A DNA stretch of 64,000 bases from an uncultured Acidobacteriota bacterium (GTDB taxonomy: Bacteria; Acidobacteriota; UBA6911). The position numbers and the translations under genes are program-made. The notes under the pieces are model-generated. The model ran no database searches. It worked only from the letters and a program-made list of their open reading frames with translations, and was not told the origin of the DNA. Where the stretch lies: the NCBI GenBank assembly GCA_964506795.1, contig CAZDMR010000001.1, forward strand, positions 87,975 through 151,974, in the 5' to 3' direction. This document shows positions 46,790 to 57,296 of this stretch, piece after piece (within the stretch, counting starts at the first letter, position 1; each line of letters begins with the position of its first letter).

Positions 46790-49700
46790 TTATGAATGTC
46801 CCGTTTGAGGCGGCGTGAAACGACGCAGTTCGCGGCGCCGCATCCTATAAAAAAGAATCGGCACTGTCAGCGGCGCGAGCAGCAGAGAAGCGACTTCCCC
46901 GGCCATCAAGGAGATCGCCAGCCCTTGGAATATCGGGTCGAAAAGAATCACGGCGGATCCGACCACGACTGCGGCGGCGGTAAGCATAATCGGACGAAAC
47001 CGGACTTCGCCTGCGTCCACGACAGCCTCGGCGAGAGAAGCGCCCATGTTCAGGCGCAGCTCGATGAAATCTACCAGGATGATCGAATTCCGCACCACAA
47101 TACCCGCTCCGGCGATAAAGCCGATCATTGAAGTTGCCGTGAAAAACGCCCCCATCGCCCAGTGTGCGGGAAGTATGCCCACAAGAGAAAACGGGATGAC
47201 CGCCATGATGACCAGCGGCGTCTTGAAGCTCTGGAACCAGGCGACCACCAGGATATAAATCAGGATTAAGGCGGGAACGAAGGCCAAGCCGAGATCCCGG
47301 AAAACTTCGTAGGTGATATGCCATTCGCCGTCCCATTTCATTGCAAGCCGGTCCGTAAACGAGGGCTGGCGGGCCGTGTAGGTTTTCAGGCGGTATCCTT
47401 CGGGAAGGCGCAGATCCTTTATTCTCTTGTTCATGCTCAAGATCGGATAAACCGGACTCTCCTCGCGCCCCGCAACGTCCGCGGTGACATAAACCACGGG
47501 CATCAAGTTCTTGTGATAGATGTTTCTTTCCCGCGTTGATTCTTCCCAGGAACCCAATTCTCCCAGCGGCACCAGATTCCCGGCTGCCGATGGGACCCGC
47601 AGCTCGTTCAAGCTTTCGATCCCGGAACGTTCCGAGAGCGGCAACCTTACAATGAGCGGGACATCCTCCGCTTCTGATTCCAGGTGCAGAAGACCCGCTT
47701 GCGACCCCCCGATTCCCAATGACAGAGCTTGCTGCGCTTCTCTAAGCGAAACGCCCGCCATGGAGGCCTTGAGACGGTCCAAGTGAAATACCATTTCCGG
47801 CTGCCGATCTTCGACGTACCAGTCCACGTCTACGACGCCCGGAGTCTGCTCCAGCATTTTGCGAAACTCTGCGGCCAGTTCAATCTGGCGCTCGTAATCG
47901 GGACCGTAGATTTCGGCTACCAGGGTTTGGAGCACGGGGGGGCCGGGAGGCACTTCGGCCACCTTCATGCGAACGCCGTACCGCGCCGCTACCGGCTTCA
48001 GAATATCCCTGACCTTGCGCGCAATTGCGTGGCTCTGGTCTGAACGTTCCCCTTTGGGCGTCAAATTAACCTGAATGTCCGCCACGTTTTCGCCTCCGCG
48101 CATGTAATACTGGCGCACAAGACCATTGAAGTTGAATGGGGACGCCGTCCCGATGTAGGTTTCGTAATCGGTGATGCCGGGGATTTTGTTCAGTTCTGCG
48201 GCCAGCGCGCGGGTTGCCGCCGCAGTCTGTTCCAGACTTGTCCCTTCCGGCATATCCACGACAATCTGGAACTCGCTCTTGTTGTCGAACGGGAGCATTT
48301 TTACCACAACGAGCTTGAAATAGAAGGTGCTCAGGGCTGCAAGCACCAGAAACCACGCAATTCCCAGAAAAATCAGCTGATTCTTGTTGCTGGAGAGAAG
48401 TTTGCTCATAAACCAGCGATATAGGCGCGTTGTACGCTGCTCCGCATCTTCTGCTTCCTGCTTTCCCCGCGTTCCGCGCAGCATGAGCTGGGCGGCCCAG
48501 GGAGTGATCAAAAACGATACCAGTAGCGAAAAGATCATAGCGGCCGAGGCGCCGACAGGAATCGGACGCATATAAGGGCCCATCAGCCCCGTGACCATTG
48601 CCATCGGCAGGATGGCCGCGATGACCGTGAATGTCGCCAGGATGGTTGGATTCCCGACTTCATCGACTGCTTCCACAACGACTTGAGGGAAAGACCGGTT
48701 TCGGTTCTGCGGCATGCGCCTGTGGCGGACGATGTTTTCGATCACAACGATGGCATTGTCCACCAGAATTCCTATGGAAAAGATGAGCGCAAACAAGGTG
48801 ATGCGGTTGAGCGTGTAGCCGTAAATGAAAAATACCACCAGGGTCAGCGCAAGAGTCACGGGAATCGCCACGGCAACAATTCCGGCTTCCCGGAGACCCA
48901 GGGTCAGCCAGATCAGAAGCGTGACGGAAAGCACGGCAATCATCATATGAAGCAGCAGCTCGTTGGACTTTTCCGATGCCGTTTCTCCGTAGTTTCGCGT
49001 GACTGTCATCTGAAGCCCCGCGGGGAAATTCCGCGCTCGGTAGCGTTCCGCCTTTTCCAGAACAGTCTCCGAAAGGACGACGGCGTTTTTGCCTTTGCGC
49101 TTGGCGAACGTGATCGTTACCGCCGGCGCAAGATCGCCGCCGATGGCGCTTTCCGATTGCGGCGGCCGGTTTGCCGAGTCCTGGATCTCCTTGATCGATG
49201 CGGCCGGCCCCGGAGAAAAAAATACATAATCCGCCGGCTCTTCGGGGCCGTCGGTTATTTTGGCCACATCGCGCAGATAGATGGGCGCATTGCTTTGCAA
49301 CCCCACCACGACATTTCCAAAATCTTCGGCATTTTTGAAAAAACCGTCGAAGCGCACGGAGAAAGCTTTATTTGCCTGTGTGATGATGCCGGCATGAACT
49401 TCGCTGTTCTCCGTCTGCAAAATTCCCTGCAGTCTCGAAACGGGGATGCCGTACGACGCCATCCTGGCCGGGTCCGGCTCGACAAGCATCGTTCGCCGCT
49501 GTCCTCCTATGATCTGAATCGCGGATATGTCGCGGATTTGCTGGAGGTCGTTACGGAGCTCCGCCGCGGCGCGCCTGAGCTGGAAGCCGTCCACCTCATC
49601 GCTCCAAAGAGTCAGGGCCAAAAAAGGGACATCATCGATCGATCTCGGCTTTATCAGCGGCTGCGAGGCTCCCGGCGGAATGAGGTCGAAGTTGGCGAAC

Positions 49701-50059
49701 ATTTTCTGGTTGAGCTGTACGATGCTTTCTTCCTCATCCTCCCCCACGTAGAAGCGGACCGTGGCCAGACTCCTCCCGGGCCTTGAGGCGCTGTAGACAT
49801 ATTCCACACCCGGGATTTCCCACAGCAGCCGCTCCATAGGCATGCTGATGCGCGTTTCCACTTCCTTGGCGGATGCTCCGGGGAAGGAGACCATCACGTC
49901 AATCATGGGGACTATGATTTGCGGCTCCTCCTCCCGGGGGAGCATAAATACGGCCGCGCTTCCCAGAATGATGGACGCCAAAAGCAAAAGGACCGTGAGT
50001 TTCGAGTGAATGAAAGAGCTGGCCAATCTGCCTGCGATCAGCGGTTTGCCCATTGCCAA
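46790..50059 (-). CDS. Efflux RND transporter permease (AcrB/CzcA superfamily)
   Basis: 1089 aa with 12 transmembrane segments, large periplasmic loops and a conserved TM4 block ([14 protein letters not shown]). Confidence 0.9.
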   Translation of the reverse strand: MAMGKPLIAGRLASSFIHSKLTVLLLLASIILGSAAVFMLPREEEPQIIVPMIDVMVSFPGASAKEVETRISMPMERLLWEIPGVEYVYSASRPGRSLATVRFYVGEDEEESIVQLNQKMFANFDLIPPGASQPLIKPRSIDDVPFLALTLWSDEVDGFQLRRAAAELRNDLQQIRDISAIQIIGGQRRTMLVEPDPARMASYGIPVSRLQGILQTENSEVHAGIITQANKAFSVRFDGFFKNAEDFGNVVVGLQSNAPIYLRDVAKITDGPEEPADYVFFSPGPAASIKEIQDSANRPPQSESAIGGDLAPAVTITFAKRKGKNAVVLSETVLEKAERYRARNFPAGLQMTVTRNYGETASEKSNELLLHMMIAVLSVTLLIWLTLGLREAGIVAVAIPVTLALTLVVFFIYGYTLNRITLFALIFSIGILVDNAIVVIENIVRHRRMPQNRNRSFPQVVVEAVDEVGNPTILATFTVIAAILPMAMVTGLMGPYMRPIPVGASAAMIFSLLVSFLITPWAAQLMLRGTRGKQEAEDAEQRTTRLYRWFMSKLLSSNKNQLIFLGIAWFLVLAALSTFYFKLVVVKMLPFDNKSEFQIVVDMPEGTSLEQTAAATRALAAELNKIPGITDYETYIGTASPFNFNGLVRQYYMRGGENVADIQVNLTPKGERSDQSHAIARKVRDILKPVAARYGVRMKVAEVPPGPPVLQTLVAEIYGPDYERQIELAAEFRKMLEQTPGVVDVDWYVEDRQPEMVFHLDRLKASMAGVSLREAQQALSLGIGGSQAGLLHLESEAEDVPLIVRLPLSERSGIESLNELRVPSAAGNLVPLGELGSWEESTRERNIYHKNLMPVVYVTADVAGREESPVYPILSMNKRIKDLRLPEGYRLKTYTARQPSFTDRLAMKWDGEWHITYEVFRDLGLAFVPALILIYILVVAWFQSFKTPLVIMAVIPFSLVGILPAHWAMGAFFTATSMIGFIAGAGIVVRNSIILVDFIELRLNMGASLAEAVVDAGEVRFRPIMLTAAAVVVGSAVILFDPIFQGLAISLMAGEVASLLLAPLTVPILFYRMRRRELRRFTPPQTGHS

Positions 50060-50099
50060 ATCTCCGATGCCCGGGCGGCTTTTCGCCGCCGTCCCGGCT

Positions 50100-51308
50100 T
50101 TAATGCCTCGCTGCTACGTGAATTCCGTCAACAACGTGTCGGCTCAAATTCATAATGATGTCTTCCCCGGCCTCGACGCCGGAAAGGACCTCCGCGCGAT
50201 CGGAATCATAGGAAGCGGTTTTAACTAGCCGGAATCGAGCCCTGGATCCGTCGTCGACCACGAAAACTCCCGCGAGCTGACCGGTGGTTCGAACGGCTCG
50301 ATGCGGAACAAGAACGGCCTCTCGATCTCCCACCGGAACCTCGACCTTGACAAAATGCCCGCTGGGCAGCGCAAAGCCCGCCGGAAGATCCAGTTTGAAT
50401 TGAACGCTGTGCGTCGCGGGATTGGACACCGGAACGATTTCCGAGACTCGGCCCTCACAGCATGCCGCCGAATCCGCGGATCGGACGCACAGGTTCATGC
50501 CAATCCGCAGGCTGCCCGCATGCGCGGTCGGCAGATCCGCCAGGGCTTGCGGGTTCCCTATCGATTCGATGGCCACCAGAGGGTTTCCGGGGAAAACTGC
50601 GGTCCCCGCATCCGCGGAGCGCTCGACGATCCTGCCGGACTCAGGGGCTTTTATCCGGGTCCAACTCATCACCACCTCCGCGCGGAGCAATTGGGCCCGG
50701 GCCTGCTCAAGCTTGGCTTCCACCTGGCGGATGCGGCCCTCGGCCGCGGCAACCATCGATTCGCGGGAAGCCAGTTCCGCGGCGCTTGCAAGGCGCCGCG
50801 CCGCGACCTCGTCCATTTCCTGCAGCGAAACGGACTTGGACTCCAAAAGCTTTTGATACCGGACGTAGGTCTGTTCGGCCAGGCGGGCGGCCGCTTTCGT
50901 CGCCGACCGTGTCTCCACCGCCGCCTCGTGGCCCTTCTGTGCTTCCGTCAGCGCTGCTTGCGCTTCTTCAACCGCGGCCTGCGCGGCTGCTTTTTGGCTC
51001 TCCGGCTCCCGGGCGTCCAGAGAAACCAGCAGCTGCCCGGTCCTCACGATGTCTCCCTCTCGGACATGCATTTCCCGAACGAATCCGTTGATCTGCGAAG
51101 AGAGGGAGATGCGGTGGCTCGCCTGCACGATTCCGGGCGCATCCAGGATGAGTGGAACCTTTTCGTAGCGAACCGTAGTGACGGTTACCGGCACCGGTTC
51201 GGATTCTCCGGGCAGCCCCCTGGAATGAGCCTGCCGGTCGCTGCAGCCCAGCTGCAGCGCCGGCCAAGAAAGAAGCAAGAGAAGCAAAACTTGATGTCTC
51301 ATATCCAT
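50100..51308 (-). CDS. Efflux RND periplasmic adaptor (membrane fusion protein)
   Basis: A lipoprotein-like signal, a coiled-coil hairpin and HlyD-like beta-barrel domains. Positioned between the OMF and RND genes. Confidence 0.85.
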   Translation of the reverse strand: MDMRHQVLLLLLLSWPALQLGCSDRQAHSRGLPGESEPVPVTVTTVRYEKVPLILDAPGIVQASHRISLSSQINGFVREMHVREGDIVRTGQLLVSLDAREPESQKAAAQAAVEEAQAALTEAQKGHEAAVETRSATKAAARLAEQTYVRYQKLLESKSVSLQEMDEVAARRLASAAELASRESMVAAAEGRIRQVEAKLEQARAQLLRAEVVMSWTRIKAPESGRIVERSADAGTAVFPGNPLVAIESIGNPQALADLPTAHAGSLRIGMNLCVRSADSAACCEGRVSEIVPVSNPATHSVQFKLDLPAGFALPSGHFVKVEVPVGDREAVLVPHRAVRTTGQLAGVFVVDDGSRARFRLVKTASYDSDRAEVLSGVEAGEDIIMNLSRHVVDGIHVAARH

Positions 51309-51376
51309 ATTCCTCTCTCCATACCGGACGCTGTCCGAGAATGAATCTCCGGGTCCGTCATCGCCCGATTTCTTCG

Positions 51377-52747
51377 CTACTTCAAATTCATGGACTCCGA
51401 CGCAGGGCTCAAGATCCCTGCGGCATACTCCATCTGCGCGTAACTCACCCGCTGCCGGTAGATAGCCTCAGCCAACGCGGTGCGCGCGGCACTGCGTTCA
51501 GTCTCCACCGAAAGAAGATCGGTCATCGTGGCCAGCCCTGCTTCGTAACGGTTCTTTAGAATTCGAACGCCTTCTTCGCTCTGGGCTTCGGCCGCCTCGG
51601 CGGCGGCAACCTGCTGCTCTGCGGAACGGCACTGGATCAACGCGTTGTGGATTTCAAGCGCCATGCCGGACTCCATCGCCTTAGCCTGAAGCTTCCGTTG
51701 CAGGAGGCGCTTCCCGGCCGCATCGCGCCGCGCTGCGTCTGCGCCGCCCGCGAACAGGTTCCATTGAAGAGTGACGCCGGCAGCCCAGTTGTCGGCCCCG
51801 TAGTCACTTAAAGAGGGGTTGTCCATTTCCCACGTGCCGTATCCGGATATCAGCGGCAGAAATTCTTTCCTGCGGGCCCGGACCTCCGTTTCCGCCGCCT
51901 GCACCGCCGTCAGGAGACTCGCGTAATCGGGGCGGTGTCTTTTTTGTTCTTCGACAAGAATTTCCTCCGGCGGCAGGGGAATGCTCCGCGGCATCAGCGG
52001 GATCGTTTCGCCGACCGGGTTCCCCAGTTCATTTGCCATAAGGCGGTTGAGCTGAGCTTCGGCGCTTTTGAGACGGCCTTGCGCTTCGATTTCCTGCTGC
52101 CTTGCCGCGGCCAGGTATACCCGGCTGCGCAGCAGATCCGCTTCGACGGCTGTTCCGCTGTCCACGTGAGCTTGAGCCCGGCCTTCAATCGCTTCGGCGG
52201 ATCGAAGCGCCAGGCGCGCCGTCTCAAGCGAAGCACGCGCAAGGGAAACGCCATAATAGCTTTTGAATACATCCAGCAAAACGCGCAGCCTGGTTGCTTC
52301 GTAGGAAAGGTCGGCTATTTTTACGCCCGCTTCCGCCTGGTCTCTCCGGCTGCCTGTCCGGCCGAAATCCCAGATCATCTGCTGCACCGTCACACGGGTC
52401 TGCAGGTTATCCTCCGCAGACGGCGAGTTCAGAGCCGGCAGGGCAAAATGATCGGAGGTGAACCGGTTTTGTGTCAGCAGCGTGCTGAAAACAAAAACAG
52501 GATTATTGCCTGCGAGATAGGACTGTTCAAAATCCAGGCGCGGCAGATATCCGGCCGCGGCCGCCCTGAAATCCAAACGCGCCGCCTCCCCCTCCGGCTG
52601 TACTGCGGCAAGTTCCGGATTGCGCTCAAGGGCCCGGGATACCGCTTCGGCCAATGACAACGTCTGTCCTGCCGCATGCGGAAGGGGCAGCAATATCGCC
52701 GTGATGCTCAGGATCAAGTTTCTACAATTCCGCGACCAAGGATGCAT
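51377..52747 (-). CDS. TolC-family outer-membrane efflux protein
   Basis: A signal peptide and two OEP repeats. 456 aa. Confidence 0.85.
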   Translation of the reverse strand: MHPWSRNCRNLILSITAILLPLPHAAGQTLSLAEAVSRALERNPELAAVQPEGEAARLDFRAAAAGYLPRLDFEQSYLAGNNPVFVFSTLLTQNRFTSDHFALPALNSPSAEDNLQTRVTVQQMIWDFGRTGSRRDQAEAGVKIADLSYEATRLRVLLDVFKSYYGVSLARASLETARLALRSAEAIEGRAQAHVDSGTAVEADLLRSRVYLAAARQQEIEAQGRLKSAEAQLNRLMANELGNPVGETIPLMPRSIPLPPEEILVEEQKRHRPDYASLLTAVQAAETEVRARRKEFLPLISGYGTWEMDNPSLSDYGADNWAAGVTLQWNLFAGGADAARRDAAGKRLLQRKLQAKAMESGMALEIHNALIQCRSAEQQVAAAEAAEAQSEEGVRILKNRYEAGLATMTDLLSVETERSAARTALAEAIYRQRVSYAQMEYAAGILSPASESMNLK

Positions 52748-52796
52748 AGCGCCACCGAAAAAGATAATTTGGATTCTATTTTCGAGAAATTTTGAC

Positions 52797-53147
52797 TTAA
52801 CGGCGGATCATCGAAGCAAGCTTCTCTTCCTCTTTCAAACGGCGGTACAGAATCTTGCGCATCAGCGCGCAGGTTTTGTGAATTTCGGGATCGGTGATGT
52901 GGTACAACTGCTGCCTTCCGTCCCGCCTCGATTCCACGATTCCCGCATGGACCAGCAGTGACATATGCTTGGATAGGTTTGCCTTGGACACTTCAAACTC
53001 CGCGATCAAATCGCAGGCGGAGGCTTCTTCGGCATTGAGCCGGTCCACAATGGCAAGCCTGAGCGGATGAGCCAGGGCCTTGCAAATCCTGCATTGCATT
53101 TCAAGGATCCTATGCTGAGCCGTTTTCTCCGCCTGCAAAGGTTTCAT
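52797..53147 (-). CDS. ArsR/SmtB-family metalloregulator
   Basis: ILKALAHPLRLAIVDRL...ACDLIAEFEVSKANLSKHMSLLVHAGIV. This is the first gene of the TolC-MFP-RND operon. Confidence 0.85.
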   Translation of the reverse strand: MKPLQAEKTAQHRILEMQCRICKALAHPLRLAIVDRLNAEEASACDLIAEFEVSKANLSKHMSLLVHAGIVESRRDGRQQLYHITDPEIHKTCALMRKILYRRLKEEEKLASMIRR

Positions 53148-53258
53148 TATTTCTCTATTTCATTGTTGCGCAATAAAGAAACTGTTTATACGACGCACGG
53201 CCCCGCATGTCAACCGAAAATTTTGCGCCGCCATGGAATCGATGGATGCATCTTTCGC

Positions 53259-53442
53259 GTTAACCCGGATTATGCATGAGGATTCGCATCGACGCGGAGT
53301 AGACGGGCACGGATGCAACGCGCGAGACCGAGATCACCGCAGGCGCACTCGACGGTACGTCGAGGAGCTCGATGGAGCGCAACGCCGTAAGCATACCTGG
53401 ATGAGCCGCCGGAGCAGAAGCCTCATAGATTATCCGGGTGAA
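53259..53442. mobile_element. MITE-like element (184 bp) with 22-bp terminal inverted repeats; member of the TTAAYCCGGATTATTCACGAGG repeat family
   Basis: The left end is TTAACCCGGATTATGCATGAGG (53259-53280). The right end, CCTCATAGATTATCCGGGTGAA (53421-53442), is its near-perfect reverse complement. It lies in the intergenic region between arsR and the Sec-peroxiredoxin. Confidence 0.6.
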
Positions 53443-53678
53443 CCGCCCGCCGTTTTCCCGCGAAAACGCTCCTGCCGGGAATTATCTTGATTGTAAGTCC
53501 GTCGAATCCCTATCATATAAATTATTGCCCCCCTAAGAGCCTGTCCGCATCTCAGAAAGGAGATTTTATGGCGGAAGAAATGGAAGTCGGTTGCGCCCGT
53601 CCGACGGGCGGACCGGTCGGCGAACAACCTTCAGAAATGCCAACGCCCGCAACTCAATCCGAAAAGGAGAGCAAGCCT

Positions 53679-54287
53679 ATGATTCAAGTCGGCAAAAAAG
53701 CACCGGATTTCATCGCCCCAGCCTATCAAAAGGGCAAATTCATTTCCGTAAAGCTCTCAGAATATCTCGGCAAATGGGTTCTGCTTTGTTTCTATCCCGG
53801 CGATTTCACGTTTGTATGAGCGACCGAGATTTCGGCGGTCGCCGAAAAATATCCGGAGTTCCAGAAACTCGGCGTCGAAGTGCTCTCCATGAGCATCGAC
53901 AGCATTTATGTGCATAAAATGTGGGACGATAACGAGCTGTCCAAAATGGTAAACGGAGGCGTCCCCTTTGCGATGCTTTCCGACGCAGGGGGGAGGGTAG
54001 GCAAGGTATATGGAATCTATGATGAGGACGCCGGCGTGGAAACCCGGGGCCGTTTTATTATAGATCCCGACGGCATCGTCCAAGGCTTCGAGGTATTGAC
54101 TCCGTCCGTCGGCCGGAATATCAACGAATCCTTCCGCCAGGTGCAGGCTTTTCAGACGGTGAGAAACAGCAAGGGCAAGGAAGCAACCCCCTCGGGCTGG
54201 AAACCGGGCAAACCGACACTCAAACCGGGTCCGGATTTGGTGGGCAAAGTTTGGGAAGTTTGGAAAACAAAAATGGCCTTCGACTGA
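53679..54287 (+). CDS. Selenocysteine-containing peroxiredoxin (AhpC/Prx1 family; in-frame TGA at 53817-53819 read as Sec)
   Basis: [11 protein letters not shown]...[52 protein letters not shown] aligns with AhpC FYPLDFTFVCPTEI, with TGA exactly at the peroxidatic Cys codon. The frame continues without interruption to TGA 54285-54287, giving 202 aa. The RBS AAGGAGA lies 8 nt before ATG 53679. An alternative ATG at 53568 would add a 37-aa disordered extension. Confidence 0.85.
53820..53842 (+). ncRNA. SECIS-like hairpin immediately 3-prime of the in-frame UGA
   Basis: GCGACCG-AGAUUUCGG-CGGUCGC forms a 7-bp GC-rich stem starting at +1 after the UGA. Position and size are consistent with a bacterial SECIS. 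Confidence 0.55.
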
Positions 54288-54389
54288 TTTTCCCCGGTTT
54301 TGCCGCGGCAGGGCGAATGAAGGCATTCGCCCTGCCCTCTACCGCATTTTCCGCCGGCAGATCCGCAATGCGATTTACGGCCGCAGACG

Positions 54390-54698
54390 CTACTTGGATC
54401 CGGCTTTCGGCACTTCCGTTCCCAGGTAGCTGTTGCTTTCGAAATAGCGAAACCAATCCAAATCAACGAGGAGCGCATGATGCTTTTGAACCGCTTCAAT
54501 GCTCGGGAAGGACTCAACGCCCCAGCCTAAATACTGTTCCGACTCCCACCCGGAAAAGCACATGATGATTTCCTTGCCGCCCACTTTTTTAAGCCCTTGG
54601 GCAAGCTGATTTTTAATTTTGGTTTTTTTCTGTTCGGAAAGCTGATACCAGGCTTCGGTCGGTTTAAACATAAAGTTCTTGTAAATTGCGCGTGCCAT
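54390..54698 (-). CDS. Hypothetical small protein (102 aa)
   Basis: The start at ATG 54698 follows AGGAGA with a 7-nt spacer. The longer ORF in the track has no RBS. Confidence 0.5.
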   Translation of the reverse strand: MARAIYKNFMFKPTEAWYQLSEQKKTKIKNQLAQGLKKVGGKEIIMCFSGWESEQYLGWGVESFPSIEAVQKHHALLVDLDWFRYFESNSYLGTEVPKAGSK

Positions 54699-54747
54699 AG
54701 CTGGTCTCCTTTTTATTGGACGATTGGTGAACGTTTGCATATATGTT

Positions 54748-54779
54748 AACAGCCCGTGGTAAAAGTACAACGGGCTGTT
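54748..54779. terminator. Stem-loop (10-bp stem AACAGCCCGT / ACGGGCTGTT) downstream of the O-methyltransferase gene; no U-tract
   Basis: Perfect 10-bp inverted repeat with a 12-nt loop. Located between the methyltransferase stop and the start of the next gene. Confidence 0.35.
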
Positions 54780-54815
54780 AAGCCGGATTATTTTCGAGGA
54801 TTCCTGGCGAGGCGG
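54778..54815. repeat. Repeat-family copy (TTAAGCCGGATTATTTTCGAGGATTCCTGGCGAGGCGG)
   Basis: Near-identical over ~38 nt to the copy at 61161 (TTAATCCGGATTATTCACGAGGATCCGCAGCGAGGCGG). Confidence 0.55.
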
Positions 54816-54878
54816 CAAACATGCCTGGATCCGCCGACGCCATAGAAGCTTTTTGAATAACCCGCACTAAGGCCTGAT

Positions 54879-55982
54879 TTATTTTCGGCGTTTGAATCCT
54901 TCGACGATGTCGTCCATATTGGCGCCGCGCCGGAGAAGCTTGATGCGGACAAATCCCGCCTCAGACAGGCCGGATTTGATTTCTTTATAGGTGTACGTGC
55001 CGCCGCCCGAGGTCGCCGCCAGCATATTGACGGCAAAGATCGCACCGCTCCTGGGATAAGTCCGGTCCGGATCCATAACGTGATCTCGAATCAGCACCCG
55101 CCCTCCCGGAATCAGCGCTCGGTAAACCTTTTGGTACAGTTCCAAATTCTCTTCGAGGCTGTTGGAATGGATGACGGCCGACAATAAGGCGAGGTCGTGG
55201 CCGCCCGGGAGTTCATCCTTATGATAACTTCCCCCGACCAGATTCACGCGGTCGATCAGGCGTTCCCGGCTCAGCCGTTCTCGGGCCATTTCGAGAACTT
55301 CCGGAAGGTCGAACACCGTCGCTTTCATGCCGGGCGCCGCGCGGAGGAATGCGATTGTATAAGTTGCGGACGCACCTCCTACATCCAGCAGATTTTTTGA
55401 TGCGCCGGCATTGACCGAGGCCGCAATTTGCCCCGCGAGGGGCGCTGCGACCACGTTCATGGCGCCGATAAAAGCGCGAAGTTCCTCGGCATTGCGGAAG
55501 AAGCGGGATTTTGCTTCCGCCGGAGGGGCGCCCTTTGCAATGGCCGTAAGGCGGGACCATCGCTTCCATAGCGACGCCATGTGCAGAACCATGGGCAGAA
55601 TCGATTCCTCGGAATCGTCCGCGAGCAGGCGCGAAACGGGACGAATGCATTGGTACCTTCGTCTCCGCTTGGATAAAAGCCCCATGGCCGCGACCGCGTC
55701 GAGCAGAACAGACAGGGCGCGGACATCGCCGCCGATTTGGTCCGCGACTTCTTGTGCGGACAGCGGCGCTGGATTAAGAATTGTGAAAAGATTCAACTCG
55801 GCGGCGCAATGAAGAATCTTGCTTTCCATAAATCCCTGCGCTGTTTCCAGGATCTCTCCCGCGATGCTTTTGCTCGCCGTACTCTTTTTCGTTTTTGCCC
55901 CATCCCGTCGCCGCAATGCTTTGCTCCCGTGAAAGCTCCTTCGTTTAAGTCCTATCCGTTTCTTTTTTCGTTCGTTGGCCAT
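54879..55982 (-). CDS. Class I SAM-dependent O-methyltransferase (family 2, with dimerisation domain)
   Basis: The SAM motif LDVGGASATYTIAF, a DLP motif and the OMT dimerisation N-domain are present. ATG 55982 follows a strong GGAGGA RBS, which implies a Lys/Arg-rich ~45-aa N-terminal extension. Confidence 0.75.
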   Translation of the reverse strand: MANERKKKRIGLKRRSFHGSKALRRRDGAKTKKSTASKSIAGEILETAQGFMESKILHCAAELNLFTILNPAPLSAQEVADQIGGDVRALSVLLDAVAAMGLLSKRRRRYQCIRPVSRLLADDSEESILPMVLHMASLWKRWSRLTAIAKGAPPAEAKSRFFRNAEELRAFIGAMNVVAAPLAGQIAASVNAGASKNLLDVGGASATYTIAFLRAAPGMKATVFDLPEVLEMARERLSRERLIDRVNLVGGSYHKDELPGGHDLALLSAVIHSNSLEENLELYQKVYRALIPGGRVLIRDHVMDPDRTYPRSGAIFAVNMLAATSGGGTYTYKEIKSGLSEAGFVRIKLLRRGANMDDIVEGFKRRK

Positions 55983-56022
55983 ATTTCCTCCTCAACTTGA
56001 GCCGGGGGTGGCTGCGGCCTGT

Positions 56023-56175
56023 TCGGGTTGCAGGACCGGATGTTGCAATAAACAACGCGCTCAGGAACGCGCTTTCCGTGATTCGGACGGTCTGCGCCAA
56101 AGGGGGAAGCATTCAATACTCCGGGCCTCGGCAGGCATTGCGAATGTTTAGCGTTTTATAATATCCTGCAACCCG
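56023..56175. repeat. Perfect 12-bp inverted repeats (CGGGTTGCAGGA ... TCCTGCAACCCG) bracketing ~130 bp of intergenic DNA
   Basis: Left arm at 56023-56034, right arm at 56164-56175. The region is non-coding, between the divergent methyltransferase and Yip1 genes. Confidence 0.45.
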
Positions 56176-56289
56176 ATGCGGTTTTATAAAAAAACGCAGA
56201 AAGTGGACAGTGGGGAAGTTTTTAACCTCGTTTTTCCTGTATGATTACAAAAGCTTTGGGCCGTATTTCCTAAAAAAGGGGGAGGCGCC

Positions 56290-57069
56290 GTGCAACCAGA
56301 AAATAAGAATACATCCGTCCCGGATATGGATTCGATCAGGCCGAAAAATTTCTTCAGCCGTTTGGGGGGTGTTTATTTTTCTCCGCGTGAGACTTTCACA
56401 GAAATCGGCCGCTCGCCCGGAGTGCTAGTCCCCATTATCGCCGCCATCATCATTGGGCTGGCTTCCGGTTTTTATTTAACGCAAAGTCTGGATCTTGAAA
56501 GCCTGGCCGCTGCGCAATTTGAGGAAATGGTCCGGCAAGGCAGAATGACGCAGGAACAGATGGATCAACAATTGCCCATGATGTCTCGCTTCGCGGGAGT
56601 TTTCTTGATGATTCCCGCGGCGCTCGGCAGCCTGGTCCTTGGTCTGATCATAGCGGGATATGCCAAACTGTTCAGCACTTTCGCCGGCTCCGAAAATCGA
56701 TTCAAAGCAGTCTTTTCGGTCACGCTTTACGCCATGATCGCGGTCTCCATCATCCAGTCCGCCTTGCTCATCATCGTCCTCCATTTCAAGAACCCGCAGG
56801 CCATAGACATCAACAATATCAATTCAGTGCTTGCTTCAAATATGGGCGCGGTGGTTGCGGGCCTTATGGGAGAAGACGCTCTTCCGAAATTCGTGATGAA
56901 CCTGCTGGGCTATGTTGACATTTTTGCCATCTGGATGATCGCCCTGTTTGCAATCGGCTATTCGGCGGTGTCGCGCAAACTCAAGACCGGTACGGCCGCC
57001 GTTTGGCTCAGCGCCGCGTACGCGCTTATTGCGGTCATCGGATCGCTTTTCCGCGGCCGCGCGGGTTAA
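56290..57069 (+). CDS. Yip1-domain membrane protein
   Basis: 259 aa with 5 transmembrane segments and the Yip1/DUF1282 pattern. The RBS GGGGGAGG lies upstream. Confidence 0.6.
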   Translation: MQPENKNTSVPDMDSIRPKNFFSRLGGVYFSPRETFTEIGRSPGVLVPIIAAIIIGLASGFYLTQSLDLESLAAAQFEEMVRQGRMTQEQMDQQLPMMSRFAGVFLMIPAALGSLVLGLIIAGYAKLFSTFAGSENRFKAVFSVTLYAMIAVSIIQSALLIIVLHFKNPQAIDINNINSVLASNMGAVVAGLMGEDALPKFVMNLLGYVDIFAIWMIALFAIGYSAVSRKLKTGTAAVWLSAAYALIAVIGSLFRGRAG

Positions 57070-57296
57070 TCCGGATTAGCCCCCCCTGTTTTGCAAAGAC
57101 GTTATAGATAAAGAGTCCCCTCCGTCAGGCGGCCTGGGGCGCAATTCGCTGAAATTGAAGCATAAATTCCCGGATAAAGATGGAATTTCCGCCGCCTGGA
57201 GAGACTCCCTATTGCGCGGCGGATGCCGATGCTATACTGGCGGGAGCGGCGTGAATTCGGTATGTTTTCGCAGGGGAAAGGAGCGAAGGATAGAAA

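Noticed and set aside
53487-54287. Two adjacent same-frame ORFs (53487-53819 and 53880-54287) that could be read as a disrupted peroxiredoxin pseudogene
   Set aside because: The interrupting TGA falls exactly on the catalytic Cys codon and is followed by a hairpin. The frame is otherwise intact, so selenocysteine read-through is far more likely than decay.
57070-57296. Possible T-box or other leader upstream of tyrS
   Set aside because: No specifier-loop/T-box consensus (AATTAGGGTGGNACCGCG) is recognisable. The organism appears Gram-negative, where T-boxes are not expected.
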